From contig JANQJZ010000044.1 of NCBI GenBank assembly GCA_028281365.1, forward strand, positions 29,818-93,817: a stretch of DNA of 64,000 bases, given 5' to 3'. The translations under genes were made by a program, and so were the position numbers. This DNA is from Gammaproteobacteria bacterium. GTDB taxonomy: Bacteria; Pseudomonadota; Gammaproteobacteria; Eutrophobiales; Eutrophobiaceae. Shown one piece after another: positions 9,163-19,718 of this stretch. The first letter of the stretch is position 1, and each line of letters begins with the position of its first letter. Under the pieces are notes generated by a model. That model did not search any database and was not told where the DNA came from. It saw nothing but the letters and a program-made list of their open reading frames with translations.

Positions 9163-10110
9163 TTAACTTTTTCGTGTGTGCTTGATCAAAACATCCAGAA
9201 AATGACCGGCGATGTCGATATTATACAAATTTTCCAACTCTCGAATACAGGTTGGGCTTGTTACATTAATCTCGGTAAGATAATCACCAATGACATCAAT
9301 ACCGACAAATAACAAACCCATCTCCTGTAACCTGGGGCCAATTCTCTCGCAAATCCACCGATCACGAGCAGTTAATTCAACACCTTTACCTGTTCCGCCC
9401 TGTGCAAGGTTACCTCTTATTTCACCTTCAGCAGGTATTCTTGCCAATGCATAAGGAACCGGTTCTCCATCAATTAAAATAATACGCTTATCCCCTGCTG
9501 CAATTTCCGGTATAAATTGTTGCACCATTACATAATCAGTCCCATTGTTCGTTATCGTTTCAAGTATCACTTTTTGATTAGGATCAGAATCAGAAACCTT
9601 GAATATGTTTTCACCTGCCATACCATCTAATGGTTTGATGATCGTGTTTTTATGTTTCCGAATGAATTCAGACAGGATATCAATATCCTGACTTACCCGG
9701 GTTGGAACAATACAGTCACTAAAATGTGTAATAAAAAATTTTTCGTTAGCATTTCTTAATGCAGAAGGACTATTTACAATCAGGGTCCCAAGACGTTCTG
9801 CATGATCAAGGATATAGGTTGAATAAATATAATTCAGATTAAAAGGAGGATCCTTTCTCATTAGAATAATATCGAGAAAATCAAGCTGCTCATTCCGTAG
9901 TTCCGTTAATTCAAACCAGTTATCAGGATCGTCAAAAACCTTTAGCCGCTGCATCCTGGCCATAGGCATATCACTATTGATATATAGATCAGATATTTCC
10001 ATGTAATAGATTTCCCAATCACGTGACTGTGCCGCGAGTAACATGGCAAATGAGCTGTCTTTTTTAATATTGATCCCGTCAACAGGATCCATAATGATGC
10101 CTAATTTCAT
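9163..10110 (-). CDS. gshB: Glutathione synthetase
   Basis: ATP-grasp fold, MKLGIIMDP N-terminus, 315 aa. Confidence 0.9.
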   Translation of the reverse strand: MKLGIIMDPVDGINIKKDSSFAMLLAAQSRDWEIYYMEISDLYINSDMPMARMQRLKVFDDPDNWFELTELRNEQLDFLDIILMRKDPPFNLNYIYSTYILDHAERLGTLIVNSPSALRNANEKFFITHFSDCIVPTRVSQDIDILSEFIRKHKNTIIKPLDGMAGENIFKVSDSDPNQKVILETITNNGTDYVMVQQFIPEIAAGDKRIILIDGEPVPYALARIPAEGEIRGNLAQGGTGKGVELTARDRWICERIGPRLQEMGLLFVGIDVIGDYLTEINVTSPTCIRELENLYNIDIAGHFLDVLIKHTRKS

Positions 10111-10148
10111 AGTAAATTTACTTGATTAATAAATAACTTTCCCAATCA

Positions 10149-11132
10149 TTGTTAAAGTGTATCATTAAGGCAGTATGTTTTAATCATTTAGACACTTCAA
10201 TTTTTAAAAAAGTGAACCAACTCAAGATTGCAACTCGTAATAGCCCACTTGCCCTCTGGCAAGCCGAGCATGTAAAACAAAGATTAATTCAGATTCATCC
10301 CAATCTGGATGTCGAACTGGTAGGCATTCAAACTGAAGGTGATCGTTTTCTTGAGGCACCATTGGTAGCGGTAGGTGGTAAGGGCCTATTTATTAAAGAA
10401 CTGGAACAATCTCTTTTGGATAACAAGGCAGATATTGCTGTGCATTCCATGAAGGATGTAACTATTGATTTACCGGAGAAGCTTATATTACCTGTTATAT
10501 TAAAAAGAGAGGATGCCCGTGATGTACTTATAAGCAGGAAATACGGTAGTTTAAAAAACATGGCAGAGGGAAGTATCGTCGGAACGTCAAGTTTACGACG
10601 ACAGTCGCAAATTCGGGCAATTCGTCCGGATCTTGAATTAAAGGATCTTCGGGGCAATGTAGGTACCCGATTACGTAAACTGGAAAATAATGAATATGAT
10701 GCAATCATCCTTGCCGCCGCCGGAATTAACAGATTGGGTTTATCTGAAATAATTACAGAATATATTCCCCCGACTGAATTATTACCGGCAATAGGACAAG
10801 GTGCGATCGGTATTGAGTGCAGGCTTAATGATCCAGATGTTTTCGATCTAATCAACCCTTTAAATGATCACGAGACAGCACTTTGTGTGCAGACTGAACG
10901 TTCTTTCAGTGCATGTTTATATGGTGGTTGTCAGCTTCCTATTGCTGGACATGCTTCAATTTCAGGAAATGAAATTAAACTTGTCGGCTTGGTAGCACGG
11001 CTTGATGGTAGTGAATTAATTATATCTGAACATAAAGGCAGCATTAACGAAACTGATGCGATTGGTATTACATTGGCCGAGTCATTACTTGAGCGCGGGG
11101 CAGATGAAATTCTTAAAGAATTAGTACATTAA
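10149..11132 (+). CDS. hemC: Hydroxymethylbilane synthase (porphobilinogen deaminase); true start probably GTG near 10212
   Basis: Homology starts at LKIATRNSPLALWQAEHVKQRL. The N-terminal 21 aa of the listed ORF have no counterpart in HemC. Confidence 0.9.
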   Translation: MLKCIIKAVCFNHLDTSIFKKVNQLKIATRNSPLALWQAEHVKQRLIQIHPNLDVELVGIQTEGDRFLEAPLVAVGGKGLFIKELEQSLLDNKADIAVHSMKDVTIDLPEKLILPVILKREDARDVLISRKYGSLKNMAEGSIVGTSSLRRQSQIRAIRPDLELKDLRGNVGTRLRKLENNEYDAIILAAAGINRLGLSEIITEYIPPTELLPAIGQGAIGIECRLNDPDVFDLINPLNDHETALCVQTERSFSACLYGGCQLPIAGHASISGNEIKLVGLVARLDGSELIISEHKGSINETDAIGITLAESLLERGADEILKELVH

Positions 11133-11936
11133 ATGATGAAAACTGCTTTGAAATTGCTGGATAAGCGTATCATGGTGACCCGTCCTGCTGCACAATCAGA
11201 AAAATTATGTCCTTTAATTTCAATCAACGGTGGAGATGTAATTTTATTTCCTACAATAGAAATTAAGGAAGTATCCAAAACTGACGAACTTAAAAATTGT
11301 TTTAATGATATTGAAAATTATGACTATATGATATTTATTAGTCGCAATGCAGTTACTACTGCATTCAAATCGTACCTTACAAATATAAAATTTCCTGAGC
11401 GGCTAAAATTCATTGCCATCGGTCCCGGCACCGGTAATATACTCAATGAGACCGGTATACCTGATGTTATCATCCCGGAGAACCGCTACGATAGTGAATC
11501 ACTTTTGCAATTATCAATACTCCATGAGGAAAATGTTCGAGAAAAAAATATACTTATTGTTAAAGGTATCGGCGGTCGTAATTTAATAGAAGACACCCTG
11601 ACTCAACGTGGTGCAAATATTAGTTGCGCAGAAATTTATGAACGTTGCATACCAACTTATAATGACGATGCTATTGACGAAATTTGGCAAGATAATAAAC
11701 CTGATATAATTATCGTAACAAGTAATGATGGACTGGATAATTTGGTAACGCTGACACATGATCACTGGAAGACTTCATTATTCAATACCCCATTAGTAAC
11801 CATGTCAGACAGAATGATTACTCTTGCAAAAGAACGAGGTTTTGTCTCAGGGTTAGCAATTGCACCGGATAAAACTGATGAAGGACTGTTGTCTGCATTA
11901 TTAGAACTGGTGGAGATGGAACATAATGACAAATGA
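11133..11936 (+). CDS. hemD: Uroporphyrinogen-III synthase
   Basis: HemD fold, immediately downstream of hemC. Confidence 0.8.
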   Translation: MMKTALKLLDKRIMVTRPAAQSEKLCPLISINGGDVILFPTIEIKEVSKTDELKNCFNDIENYDYMIFISRNAVTTAFKSYLTNIKFPERLKFIAIGPGTGNILNETGIPDVIIPENRYDSESLLQLSILHEENVREKNILIVKGIGGRNLIEDTLTQRGANISCAEIYERCIPTYNDDAIDEIWQDNKPDIIIVTSNDGLDNLVTLTHDHWKTSLFNTPLVTMSDRMITLAKERGFVSGLAIAPDKTDEGLLSALLELVEMEHNDK

Positions 11937-13005
11937 GTTAGATAAAAAGGCATCTAATAAATCGCCGGTTAAAGGAGGAAAAACAGATGAAAAAAAAACT
12001 GAAGAAGTTAACAATAAAAAAATATATTTTGTCATTCCTGCATTGTTGGTATTAATTATAATTTTTAGTTTTCTTTACTTTAATAATCAAATTTCTAATC
12101 TAAAACAACAGCTAGTAAGTTCTGAAAATAGACACAAGTTATCTCTACAGAATATTGATGATCAAATCACGAATACCAGGTCACATCTTGCCTCGATTGA
12201 AAAAAATCTGGACGAGATAGAATTAAAACAGGATGTCCTTGCAAACAGCCTGTCAGAACCGGAAAAACAACAAATACATATCAATAAGGATTATGCGCTG
12301 GCGGAAATTGAACACCTGCTGATCATTGCCAGTTACAACCTGGAATTGGACCATAACATTGAAGCTGCACTGTCTGCAATGGAATCTGCAGACAAACGTT
12401 TGGCGGGATTTGATGACCCCAACATTTTAAATGTTCGTGAGCAACTAATTACTGATATCAATCAACTCCGATCAGTAAACCAGTCAGATCTTGGTGGCCT
12501 CGGTTTGTTTCTTTCAGATTTAATAAGCCGTGTAGATTATTTACCACTGAAGGAAGATGTTGTTATAGAAAATAACAAGGATAATATTCAAAATTCCTCT
12601 TCCACTGAAACAAAATCTTTTTTTAAACTCATTTGGCATGAAATAAAAAGTCTCGTCATCATTACTCGTGATGAAGATGTAGGCAGAGCAAGATTAATTC
12701 CGGAAGAAATATATTTTCTTCGAGCAAATATAAAACTCGAATTAGCAAATGCACGATTTGCCGTTTTTAACAGGGACACAAAAAATCTGCATGCATCTGT
12801 TGAACATATACAAACATGGTTGAATGAATACTTTGATTTATCCGATGCAGGTGTACAGAACATTCATGATTCATTAACCCGTATGAAAAAACTGGAACTG
12901 GATTTTCCTGAAGTAGATATCAATTCTTCTCTTGAATCTGTCCGTGCATTCATCCGCCACCAGAATGAATTAAATGAACCGGATAATATGAGTGATATAC
13001 AATAA
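11926..13005 (+). CDS. hemX: HemX (membrane protein, putative uroporphyrinogen-III C-methyltransferase-like)
   Basis: N-terminal TM helix then coiled-coil region. Position hemC-hemD-hemX-hemY. Confidence 0.75.
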   Translation: MTNELDKKASNKSPVKGGKTDEKKTEEVNNKKIYFVIPALLVLIIIFSFLYFNNQISNLKQQLVSSENRHKLSLQNIDDQITNTRSHLASIEKNLDEIELKQDVLANSLSEPEKQQIHINKDYALAEIEHLLIIASYNLELDHNIEAALSAMESADKRLAGFDDPNILNVREQLITDINQLRSVNQSDLGGLGLFLSDLISRVDYLPLKEDVVIENNKDNIQNSSSTETKSFFKLIWHEIKSLVIITRDEDVGRARLIPEEIYFLRANIKLELANARFAVFNRDTKNLHASVEHIQTWLNEYFDLSDAGVQNIHDSLTRMKKLELDFPEVDINSSLESVRAFIRHQNELNEPDNMSDIQ

Positions 13006-13010
13006 CTGCA

Positions 13011-14201
13011 ATGAAATTATTAATTACAAGTCTGATTGCACTATTAGTCGCCGTAATCATTGGTTCTATAGCCGGCTCGGATACCGGTTATGTGATGTTA
13101 AACATTTCGGGCTGGACGATACAAACCAGTGCAACTTTATTCGTAACTATTCTGTTTTTAGGTTTTATTCTGATTTATTTAATAGTTCGTAGCATAGTCC
13201 GTTTTATTCAAATGCCACAAGATATAAGAATCTGGCGTAAACACAGGCATCAACGTCGTGCGGAAAAATATCTTACTGAAGGACTGCTACACATGACCGA
13301 AGGTCGCTGGAGACAGGCTGAACGGGATTTTTGTAGGGCTGCCCCGTACAGTCGTGCCCCTCATGTTAATTACCTCTGTGCAGCCAGGGCTGCCCAGGAG
13401 TCAGGAGCAATAGATAAACGTGATGATTATTTGCGGCTTGCCTATCAAAATAATCCTGAAGCGAGTGTTGCTGTTGGGATTACCCAGGCGGAGTTACAGT
13501 TAAATCAGCAACAAACTGAACAAGCCCTGGCCACACTAAAACATTTACAACATAAACAACCCGAACAAAACCAGGTAAGACAGCTACTATTAAGTACTTA
13601 TACAGATTTAAATGATTGGCAATCTGTTATAAAACTTCTTCCTTCGATAAAAAAAACCGGTTTATATACACGTGAACAACTGGAATCGAAACAACTGGAA
13701 GCTTATTCGGGACTATTAAAAGATGCAGGAAATTTAAATAACCTGGATAAACTAAATAAAACCTGGAACGATACACCGAGCAAACTGAAACGACATTTTT
13801 ATTTAATAGAGGTCTATGTTACTGAGCGACTACGATTCGAAGATACCAGTGACTGTGAAGTGCTTATCAGGACAGCATTGAAACAGCGCTGGGATCATAT
13901 GCTTGTACGTCTATATGGTTTAATTATTTCAACGGACCTGAACAAACAGCTTACCACTGCCGAAAATTGGTTAACTAACCATACTCGTGACCCCATCCTG
14001 TTATTAACACTGGGCAGAATATGCATGAATAATCATCTTTGGGGTAAAGCAAGGAACTATTTGCAGGAAAGTATTAATATTCAGCCAAATCCTGAAGCAT
14101 ATTACGAATATGCAAAACTACACGAGCATGAGGGAAGTCCTGAAAACGCAGCTGTGTGTTATGAAAAAGGATTAACTCTCGCTACAGGTTTGAGTGAATA
14201 G
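13011..14201 (+). CDS. hemY: HemY (TPR-containing protoheme IX biogenesis protein)
   Basis: Two N-terminal TM helices plus TPR region. Conserved operon position. Confidence 0.75.
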   Translation: MKLLITSLIALLVAVIIGSIAGSDTGYVMLNISGWTIQTSATLFVTILFLGFILIYLIVRSIVRFIQMPQDIRIWRKHRHQRRAEKYLTEGLLHMTEGRWRQAERDFCRAAPYSRAPHVNYLCAARAAQESGAIDKRDDYLRLAYQNNPEASVAVGITQAELQLNQQQTEQALATLKHLQHKQPEQNQVRQLLLSTYTDLNDWQSVIKLLPSIKKTGLYTREQLESKQLEAYSGLLKDAGNLNNLDKLNKTWNDTPSKLKRHFYLIEVYVTERLRFEDTSDCEVLIRTALKQRWDHMLVRLYGLIISTDLNKQLTTAENWLTNHTRDPILLLTLGRICMNNHLWGKARNYLQESINIQPNPEAYYEYAKLHEHEGSPENAAVCYEKGLTLATGLSE

Positions 14202-14206
14202 ATAAA

Positions 14207-15217
14207 TCAATTTATCGCAAATTCAAATGAATCCGAAAAAAACTGTTCCATTACAAGACCACGATCAGGAAATGATTCAGATATTGCCTTGATCATAGGT
14301 GGTGGCCCGCACGCGTAAACATCGTATTCAGAAAGATCCTTATAATCTTGTAAGACTGCTTCATGTACAAAACCGGTTTTGCCTGACCATCCATTTATAC
14401 TTTCTATTTCAGACAATACAGGAATATAGTTGATATGGGTGTATCTATCTGACCAATCTTTAACCAGCTTATTCAGGTAAAGATCTTGCTCTTTTCTTAC
14501 ACCCCAATAGATATTGATATTACGTTTATCATTGTTTTTTAAGGCATATTCCACGAGACTCTTTATAGGAGCAAAACCTGTTCCCCCGGCAATCATTATG
14601 ATTGGACGCTCTGATTTATATAATGTGAACTGACCTAACGGACCTTCAATACGTAATACGGTTTTTTCCTTCAGCTCATTGAAGGCATATTCAGAAAACA
14701 AACCACCATCATAATGCCGTATATGTAATTCAAGCAGTTGATCCTCGTGTGGAGGGTTGGCTAGTGAAAAAGATCGCCGTTTACCATCCCGTAAAATAAT
14801 ATCTATGTATTGACCGGCTAAAAACTGTAATCTTTCTGTTTTAGGCAATTCTAATAACAGCTTAATAACATCATGACTCAGTTTCTCACAAGTATTAACA
14901 CGACAAGGTAATTGTCTAAGTTCTATATCAGCAGTCGTATTAATACTACGAGCTTTTATTATTAGATCACTTTCAGCATTAGCCTGGCATAACAATGCAA
15001 ATTTTTGCTTTTTTTCCAAATCGGATATGCCATCGGGATTACCAAGTGGATAAATATATTCACCCGCTATAATTTTTGCTTTACATGAACCACATGCGCC
15101 GTTACGACATCCATAGGGTAAATTATGGCCTTGCCTTAATGCAGCTTCAAGTATGGGTTCACCCTCTTCTACCATGAAGAATGAATCATTATCGTGGAAT
15201 TGAACTTTAAAAGACAT
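14207..15217 (-). CDS. [2Fe-2S] ferredoxin-FAD/NAD(P)H oxidoreductase (Fre/AscD/phenol-hydroxylase-reductase-like)
   Basis: N-terminal plant-type ferredoxin CRNGACGSC...C and FNR-like RxFS / GGTGFAP motifs. Confidence 0.7.
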   Translation of the reverse strand: MSFKVQFHDNDSFFMVEEGEPILEAALRQGHNLPYGCRNGACGSCKAKIIAGEYIYPLGNPDGISDLEKKQKFALLCQANAESDLIIKARSINTTADIELRQLPCRVNTCEKLSHDVIKLLLELPKTERLQFLAGQYIDIILRDGKRRSFSLANPPHEDQLLELHIRHYDGGLFSEYAFNELKEKTVLRIEGPLGQFTLYKSERPIIMIAGGTGFAPIKSLVEYALKNNDKRNINIYWGVRKEQDLYLNKLVKDWSDRYTHINYIPVLSEIESINGWSGKTGFVHEAVLQDYKDLSEYDVYACGPPPMIKAISESFPDRGLVMEQFFSDSFEFAIN

Positions 15218-15245
15218 GGAAAATATTCACTTATAATTTTTACAA

Positions 15246-15905
15246 TTATCGGGAAGGAATACTTCTTTGACTTGATAACCAACGTAATAAAGGTTCCCAT
15301 TGTTCACGGTCATAATAAGTTTTAGAAGGAGCAAGCTCGAAAATACTCAAGCCTTTTTCTGCAGCACGAATATAATTCTGACTTGCACGTAACATGGTTA
15401 TAAAAGGTAACTTTTTACCATTAGGTAATTTTAAAGTATCAAGATAATATTCAAGTCTTGCGGCAATTAACGTATCTTCCCTTACTCTATTAGCAACGGT
15501 AGCAATTTTAATCCTGTTATTAAGTGTGCCTTTAAATGAAAAGATTTGTTTCATAAAACGTTCAGCTGCACGTATATCTATCGGAGAAGCTATCACAGGC
15601 ACTACCATTGTTTGTGCCTGGGCAATAAATTTCTTTAATCGTTTATCTTTTAAACCTGCAGGGGTATCCATGATCAAAATTTCAGTTTTATCCGGGATCT
15701 TTAATCCTTCTTTTTTTAAAACTGCACCATTTATCAAACTATGCGTTTTTGGACGTAAAGAAAGCCAATCACGACTGGAACCCTGTGGATCACAATCTGC
15801 TAATGTAACAACCTTGCCTTGTAGAGAAAAATAACCGGCAATATTTGTTGCTAATGTACTTTTACCACTTCCACCTTTTGGATTTAAAACTAATATTATC
15901 CGCAT
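15246..15905 (-). CDS. ParA/MinD-family deviant Walker-A ATPase (orphan, 219 aa)
   Basis: NPKGGSGKST deviant Walker A with signature Lys. No parB-like partner adjacent. Confidence 0.75.
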   Translation of the reverse strand: MRIILVLNPKGGSGKSTLATNIAGYFSLQGKVVTLADCDPQGSSRDWLSLRPKTHSLINGAVLKKEGLKIPDKTEILIMDTPAGLKDKRLKKFIAQAQTMVVPVIASPIDIRAAERFMKQIFSFKGTLNNRIKIATVANRVREDTLIAARLEYYLDTLKLPNGKKLPFITMLRASQNYIRAAEKGLSIFELAPSKTYYDREQWEPLLRWLSSQRSIPSR

Positions 15906-15953
15906 TAGATTTAATATTACTTAGCGTAACGTCTCCCTGGTTAGATTTTAATT

Positions 15954-16826
15954 TTATTTATTTTTATGTTCCATTAGGTCATTTATTACAGGTAGCAATA
16001 TTAGTTGCATTGCAAATACTTTTTTACCTGCTGGAACAACTATTGTATCCGGACTCGACATCGACGATCCGCCGAGCATTTCCAACAAATGGCGAAAATC
16101 GACATCTATCTTTTCGCGATTACGAACATGTATCACACTATAACTTTCGTCATTACTTGGAACATAATCGGTTGCAAATGGATTAGATGTATCAATAGTC
16201 GGTACACGCTGAAAATTTATGTCTGTGCGCGAAAACTGTGGCGTAATATAGTTAACATAATCATACATGCGACTTAATATCAGTTTCGTTGCATCTTCAG
16301 AACTATAACCCCGGATGGCCCGATCACGATGGATCTTTTGCATCCATTCCAGGTTAATAATCGGTGTTTCTCCAATTAATAAATCTACATGTTGTGCTAC
16401 ATTAACAGTATCTGTAACAACTCCCCCATGTAATCCTTCATAAAAAAGTAAATCGGTACCTTCTTCTAACGGTTCCCAGGCAGTTAGTGTCCCTGGCGGA
16501 TGTCCGTGTTGTGAGGCCTCTTTTTCATCATGTACATAAAAACGACGTTGTCCCGTCCCGGTTTCTCCATATGATTTAAATAATTCCTCCAGTTCTTCAA
16601 ACAAGTTTCCTTCCGGCCCGAAATGGGTCAGGTTTTGCCCCTGTTCCTCAGCCTCTGCACTGAGCTTATCCATTTCAGCCCGGTTATATCTGTGAAAACA
16701 ATCGCCTTCAATTACCGCCGCTTTAATACCATTTTTTCGAAACATGTATTCAAACGCGTCTTTCGCGATGCTGGTTCCAGCACCGGATGATCCCGTTACA
16801 GCAATTATCGGATGTTTGGCTGACAT
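15954..16826 (-). CDS. prk: Phosphoribulokinase
   Basis: IIAVTGSSGAGTS P-loop and PRK family signature, 290 aa. Confidence 0.85.
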   Translation of the reverse strand: MSAKHPIIAVTGSSGAGTSIAKDAFEYMFRKNGIKAAVIEGDCFHRYNRAEMDKLSAEAEEQGQNLTHFGPEGNLFEELEELFKSYGETGTGQRRFYVHDEKEASQHGHPPGTLTAWEPLEEGTDLLFYEGLHGGVVTDTVNVAQHVDLLIGETPIINLEWMQKIHRDRAIRGYSSEDATKLILSRMYDYVNYITPQFSRTDINFQRVPTIDTSNPFATDYVPSNDESYSVIHVRNREKIDVDFRHLLEMLGGSSMSSPDTIVVPAGKKVFAMQLILLPVINDLMEHKNK

Positions 16827-16941
16827 TACGTTTACTTTAACCTCAGTTGAATCATGGAGTTAATATTATCCATGCATTGCACTATTCCATCTGCACGGGC
16901 ATTATAAGACATATAACACGCTGATTTACAAGAGGATTAAC

Positions 16942-18711
16942 TTGAACTCTGCAATTTACTCGGATATTTCGTTGTATCGAAGATTATTGAGATATGTAAT
17001 CCCATACTGGCGTGTGTTTATACTTTCGATAATTTGTATGGTCGTATTGGCTATAACTGATCCCGCTATACCGGCATTGATGCAACCCTTATTGAATGGG
17101 GCATTTATAGAAAAAGATCCGGCCACGATTGCAATCATGCCTTTTCTATTTATTGCACTTTTTCTTGTTCGTGGTATTGCCTCCTATGTAGGAAGCACAT
17201 CACTTGATTGGGTTGCTCATAAAGTCATCATGGATTTACGTTTGGCTATGTTTGATCGTTTTATCGATTATCCAGCCAGTTTTTTTGACGATAATCGCTC
17301 CGGAAATTTTATGTCGCGTTTTACATATGATGTCACACAAATTAAAGAAGCATCTACAAATGCTATTACTACATTAATTCGTGATTCTTTATCAGTCATA
17401 GGTTTACTTGCCTGGATGTTTTATATCGATTGGGTTTTGGCATTGATATGTATGCTTGGTGCGCCAGTTATAGGAATATTGATCACTATAATTCGTAGAC
17501 GTCTTCGAAAGATGAGTAGCAAAGTGCAGGATACTATGGGTGATATTCATCATGTACTCGCTGAATGTTTTGATGCACATAAAATAATCAAGTTACATGA
17601 CGGTAAGGATATTGAAAAGGAACGCTTTCATAATACTGTAAATTCTCACCGAAAATTCAGCATGAAATTTATTATGGCTGCAACGGCGACCAGCCCGATG
17701 GTTCAGATTATAACGGCTGTTATATTGGCCTGTATTATTTACATTACTACCCAGCAAGCTTCTGCGAATCCATTATTAGTTGGCGATTTTGTTTCTTTCT
17801 TTGCTGCCGTTGCAATGTTGTTAGGACCATTAAAGCGTTTAGCCGGATTAAATGAACATATACAAAAAGGACTTGCCGCCTGTGAAAGTGTCTTTGCATT
17901 ACTCGATACAGAAATTGAAACCCAATCCGGAATAAAAGAACTCCAGAGTCCTGCTGGTAAAATTTCATTTCAATCTGTCACTTATCGCTATCCAGGAACA
18001 GAATCTGATGCTTTAGATTCAATTTCTTTTGATATTAAACCCGGGGAAACAGTTGCATTAGTAGGTGAATCGGGGAGCGGGAAAACCACACTGGCTAATC
18101 TGATCCCGAGATTTTATGAACTTAAATCCGGTTCTATTTATTATGATGATATTAATATAAAAGAGCTATCACTTACGAATTTACGTAAAAATATCGCTTA
18201 TGTAAGTCAGGATGTTATCTTATTCAATGATTCTGTTAAAAACAATATCGCATACGGTGATCTTAAAGATGCTTCAGATCAGGAAATTTGGGCTGCAGCT
18301 GAATCTGCATGCGCAACAGAATTCATAAATCAGTTACCGGATAAAATGAATACGATAATTGGTGAAGACGGGACACGTTTATCTGGTGGACAAAGACAGC
18401 GTTTGGCAATCGCGCGTGCGTTACTGAAAGACACAAGACTTTTAATTCTTGATGAAGCTACTTCTTCACTGGATACACGATCAGAAAAACATATACAGTC
18501 CGCTCTGGAAAATGTTAAAAAAGGTAGAACGAGCCTGATAATTGCCCATCGATTATCTACAATAGAAAATGCTGACCATATAATTGTTTTAGATAAGGGT
18601 CGCATTGTAGAACAGGGAAGTCATAAAGAATTATTAAATTTACAAAATAATTATGCTCGCTTATATCAGGTACAATTTTGTGAGCAAGATCCATCTGATA
18701 TTGAAAACTAA
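16942..18711 (+). CDS. msbA: Lipid A export ATP-binding/permease protein
   Basis: 6-TM ABC exporter plus NBD (GESGSGKTT, LSGGQRQR), 589 aa. Confidence 0.85.
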   Translation: MNSAIYSDISLYRRLLRYVIPYWRVFILSIICMVVLAITDPAIPALMQPLLNGAFIEKDPATIAIMPFLFIALFLVRGIASYVGSTSLDWVAHKVIMDLRLAMFDRFIDYPASFFDDNRSGNFMSRFTYDVTQIKEASTNAITTLIRDSLSVIGLLAWMFYIDWVLALICMLGAPVIGILITIIRRRLRKMSSKVQDTMGDIHHVLAECFDAHKIIKLHDGKDIEKERFHNTVNSHRKFSMKFIMAATATSPMVQIITAVILACIIYITTQQASANPLLVGDFVSFFAAVAMLLGPLKRLAGLNEHIQKGLAACESVFALLDTEIETQSGIKELQSPAGKISFQSVTYRYPGTESDALDSISFDIKPGETVALVGESGSGKTTLANLIPRFYELKSGSIYYDDINIKELSLTNLRKNIAYVSQDVILFNDSVKNNIAYGDLKDASDQEIWAAAESACATEFINQLPDKMNTIIGEDGTRLSGGQRQRLAIARALLKDTRLLILDEATSSLDTRSEKHIQSALENVKKGRTSLIIAHRLSTIENADHIIVLDKGRIVEQGSHKELLNLQNNYARLYQVQFCEQDPSDIEN

Positions 18712-18736
18712 CTCAAGCAGATAAATTTATCTGGTT

Positions 18737-19696
18737 CTAGCTACATACTTTATCACGACCTGTATGCTTGGCTTCGTACATTGCGATATCTGCTGCTTCT
18801 ATAAGTTTATGTGAATCATCAGGATCCTGCATTTCTGCAACACCTATGGATATAGTCACAGACGGTAAGTGGTTCCCTTCTTTATCAATAATTTTTGTTT
18901 GTTTAACTGCTTTTCTTAATCTTTCAGCAACTGTAAACGTAGACTTGACATCAAGTTCCGGTAATAGCGCAAATAATTCTTCGCCACCATATCTGGTCAC
19001 AAGGTCTTCTGGCCTCAGGTACTGTACAATGGTTTTTGAAACCGCACGTAAGGCAATATCACCGGCCAAATGACCGTATTCGTCATTGTATTTTTTAAAA
19101 TTATCTATATCTATCATCATAACTGATAACACCTTGCTATCTTTATGACATCGTTGCATTACTCTATTTAACATATTATCCAACCAACGACGATTATAGA
19201 GGCTGGTTAATGCATCGACTGTTGCATTATGTTCATATTCTCTAAGCTGACTTTTAATTATATTAATTACGGAATTACCGTAGCGTAAACGTTGAGACAA
19301 TATCACCAATAAATTACTGGCAATTGCATGAGAACTTCCTATTAGTGACCAGACAACATCTTCCTCTATTACTAGAACCCTTGAATCCTCTGCAGCTTTT
19401 ACATATGCAGAAGCTGGTTGATGATCAATAGCTGCCATTTCACCAATACTTTGTCCAGCATTAATATTTGCAACCGGACTCGAACCATCATTTGACAACA
19501 ATACATTAAATGAACCAGACAATATTAGATAGATATTATTATTAACATCTGAAGCCCGAATTAATATCTCATCTTTTTCAATACTGTATATTTCACAATT
19601 TTGCAATAAGGACATAACAGTATCAAAATCAACGTCGTTAAATAATTCCTGATCCTTAATGTCAGATACAGTTATTCTTGTATCTACCTTTTTCAT
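18737..19696 (-). CDS. Diguanylate cyclase with N-terminal cyclic-nucleotide-binding-like domain
   Basis: cNMP-binding-like N-terminus and GGDEF domain with RYGGEEL active site. Confidence 0.75.
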   Translation of the reverse strand: MKKVDTRITVSDIKDQELFNDVDFDTVMSLLQNCEIYSIEKDEILIRASDVNNNIYLILSGSFNVLLSNDGSSPVANINAGQSIGEMAAIDHQPASAYVKAAEDSRVLVIEEDVVWSLIGSSHAIASNLLVILSQRLRYGNSVINIIKSQLREYEHNATVDALTSLYNRRWLDNMLNRVMQRCHKDSKVLSVMMIDIDNFKKYNDEYGHLAGDIALRAVSKTIVQYLRPEDLVTRYGGEELFALLPELDVKSTFTVAERLRKAVKQTKIIDKEGNHLPSVTISIGVAEMQDPDDSHKLIEAADIAMYEAKHTGRDKVCS

Positions 19697-19718
19697 TAAT
19701 CTATTACTTATCAGCTTT

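Noticed and set aside
10328-10855. 175-aa antisense ORF inside hemC
   Set aside because: Fully embedded opposite a well-conserved gene. No homology signal.
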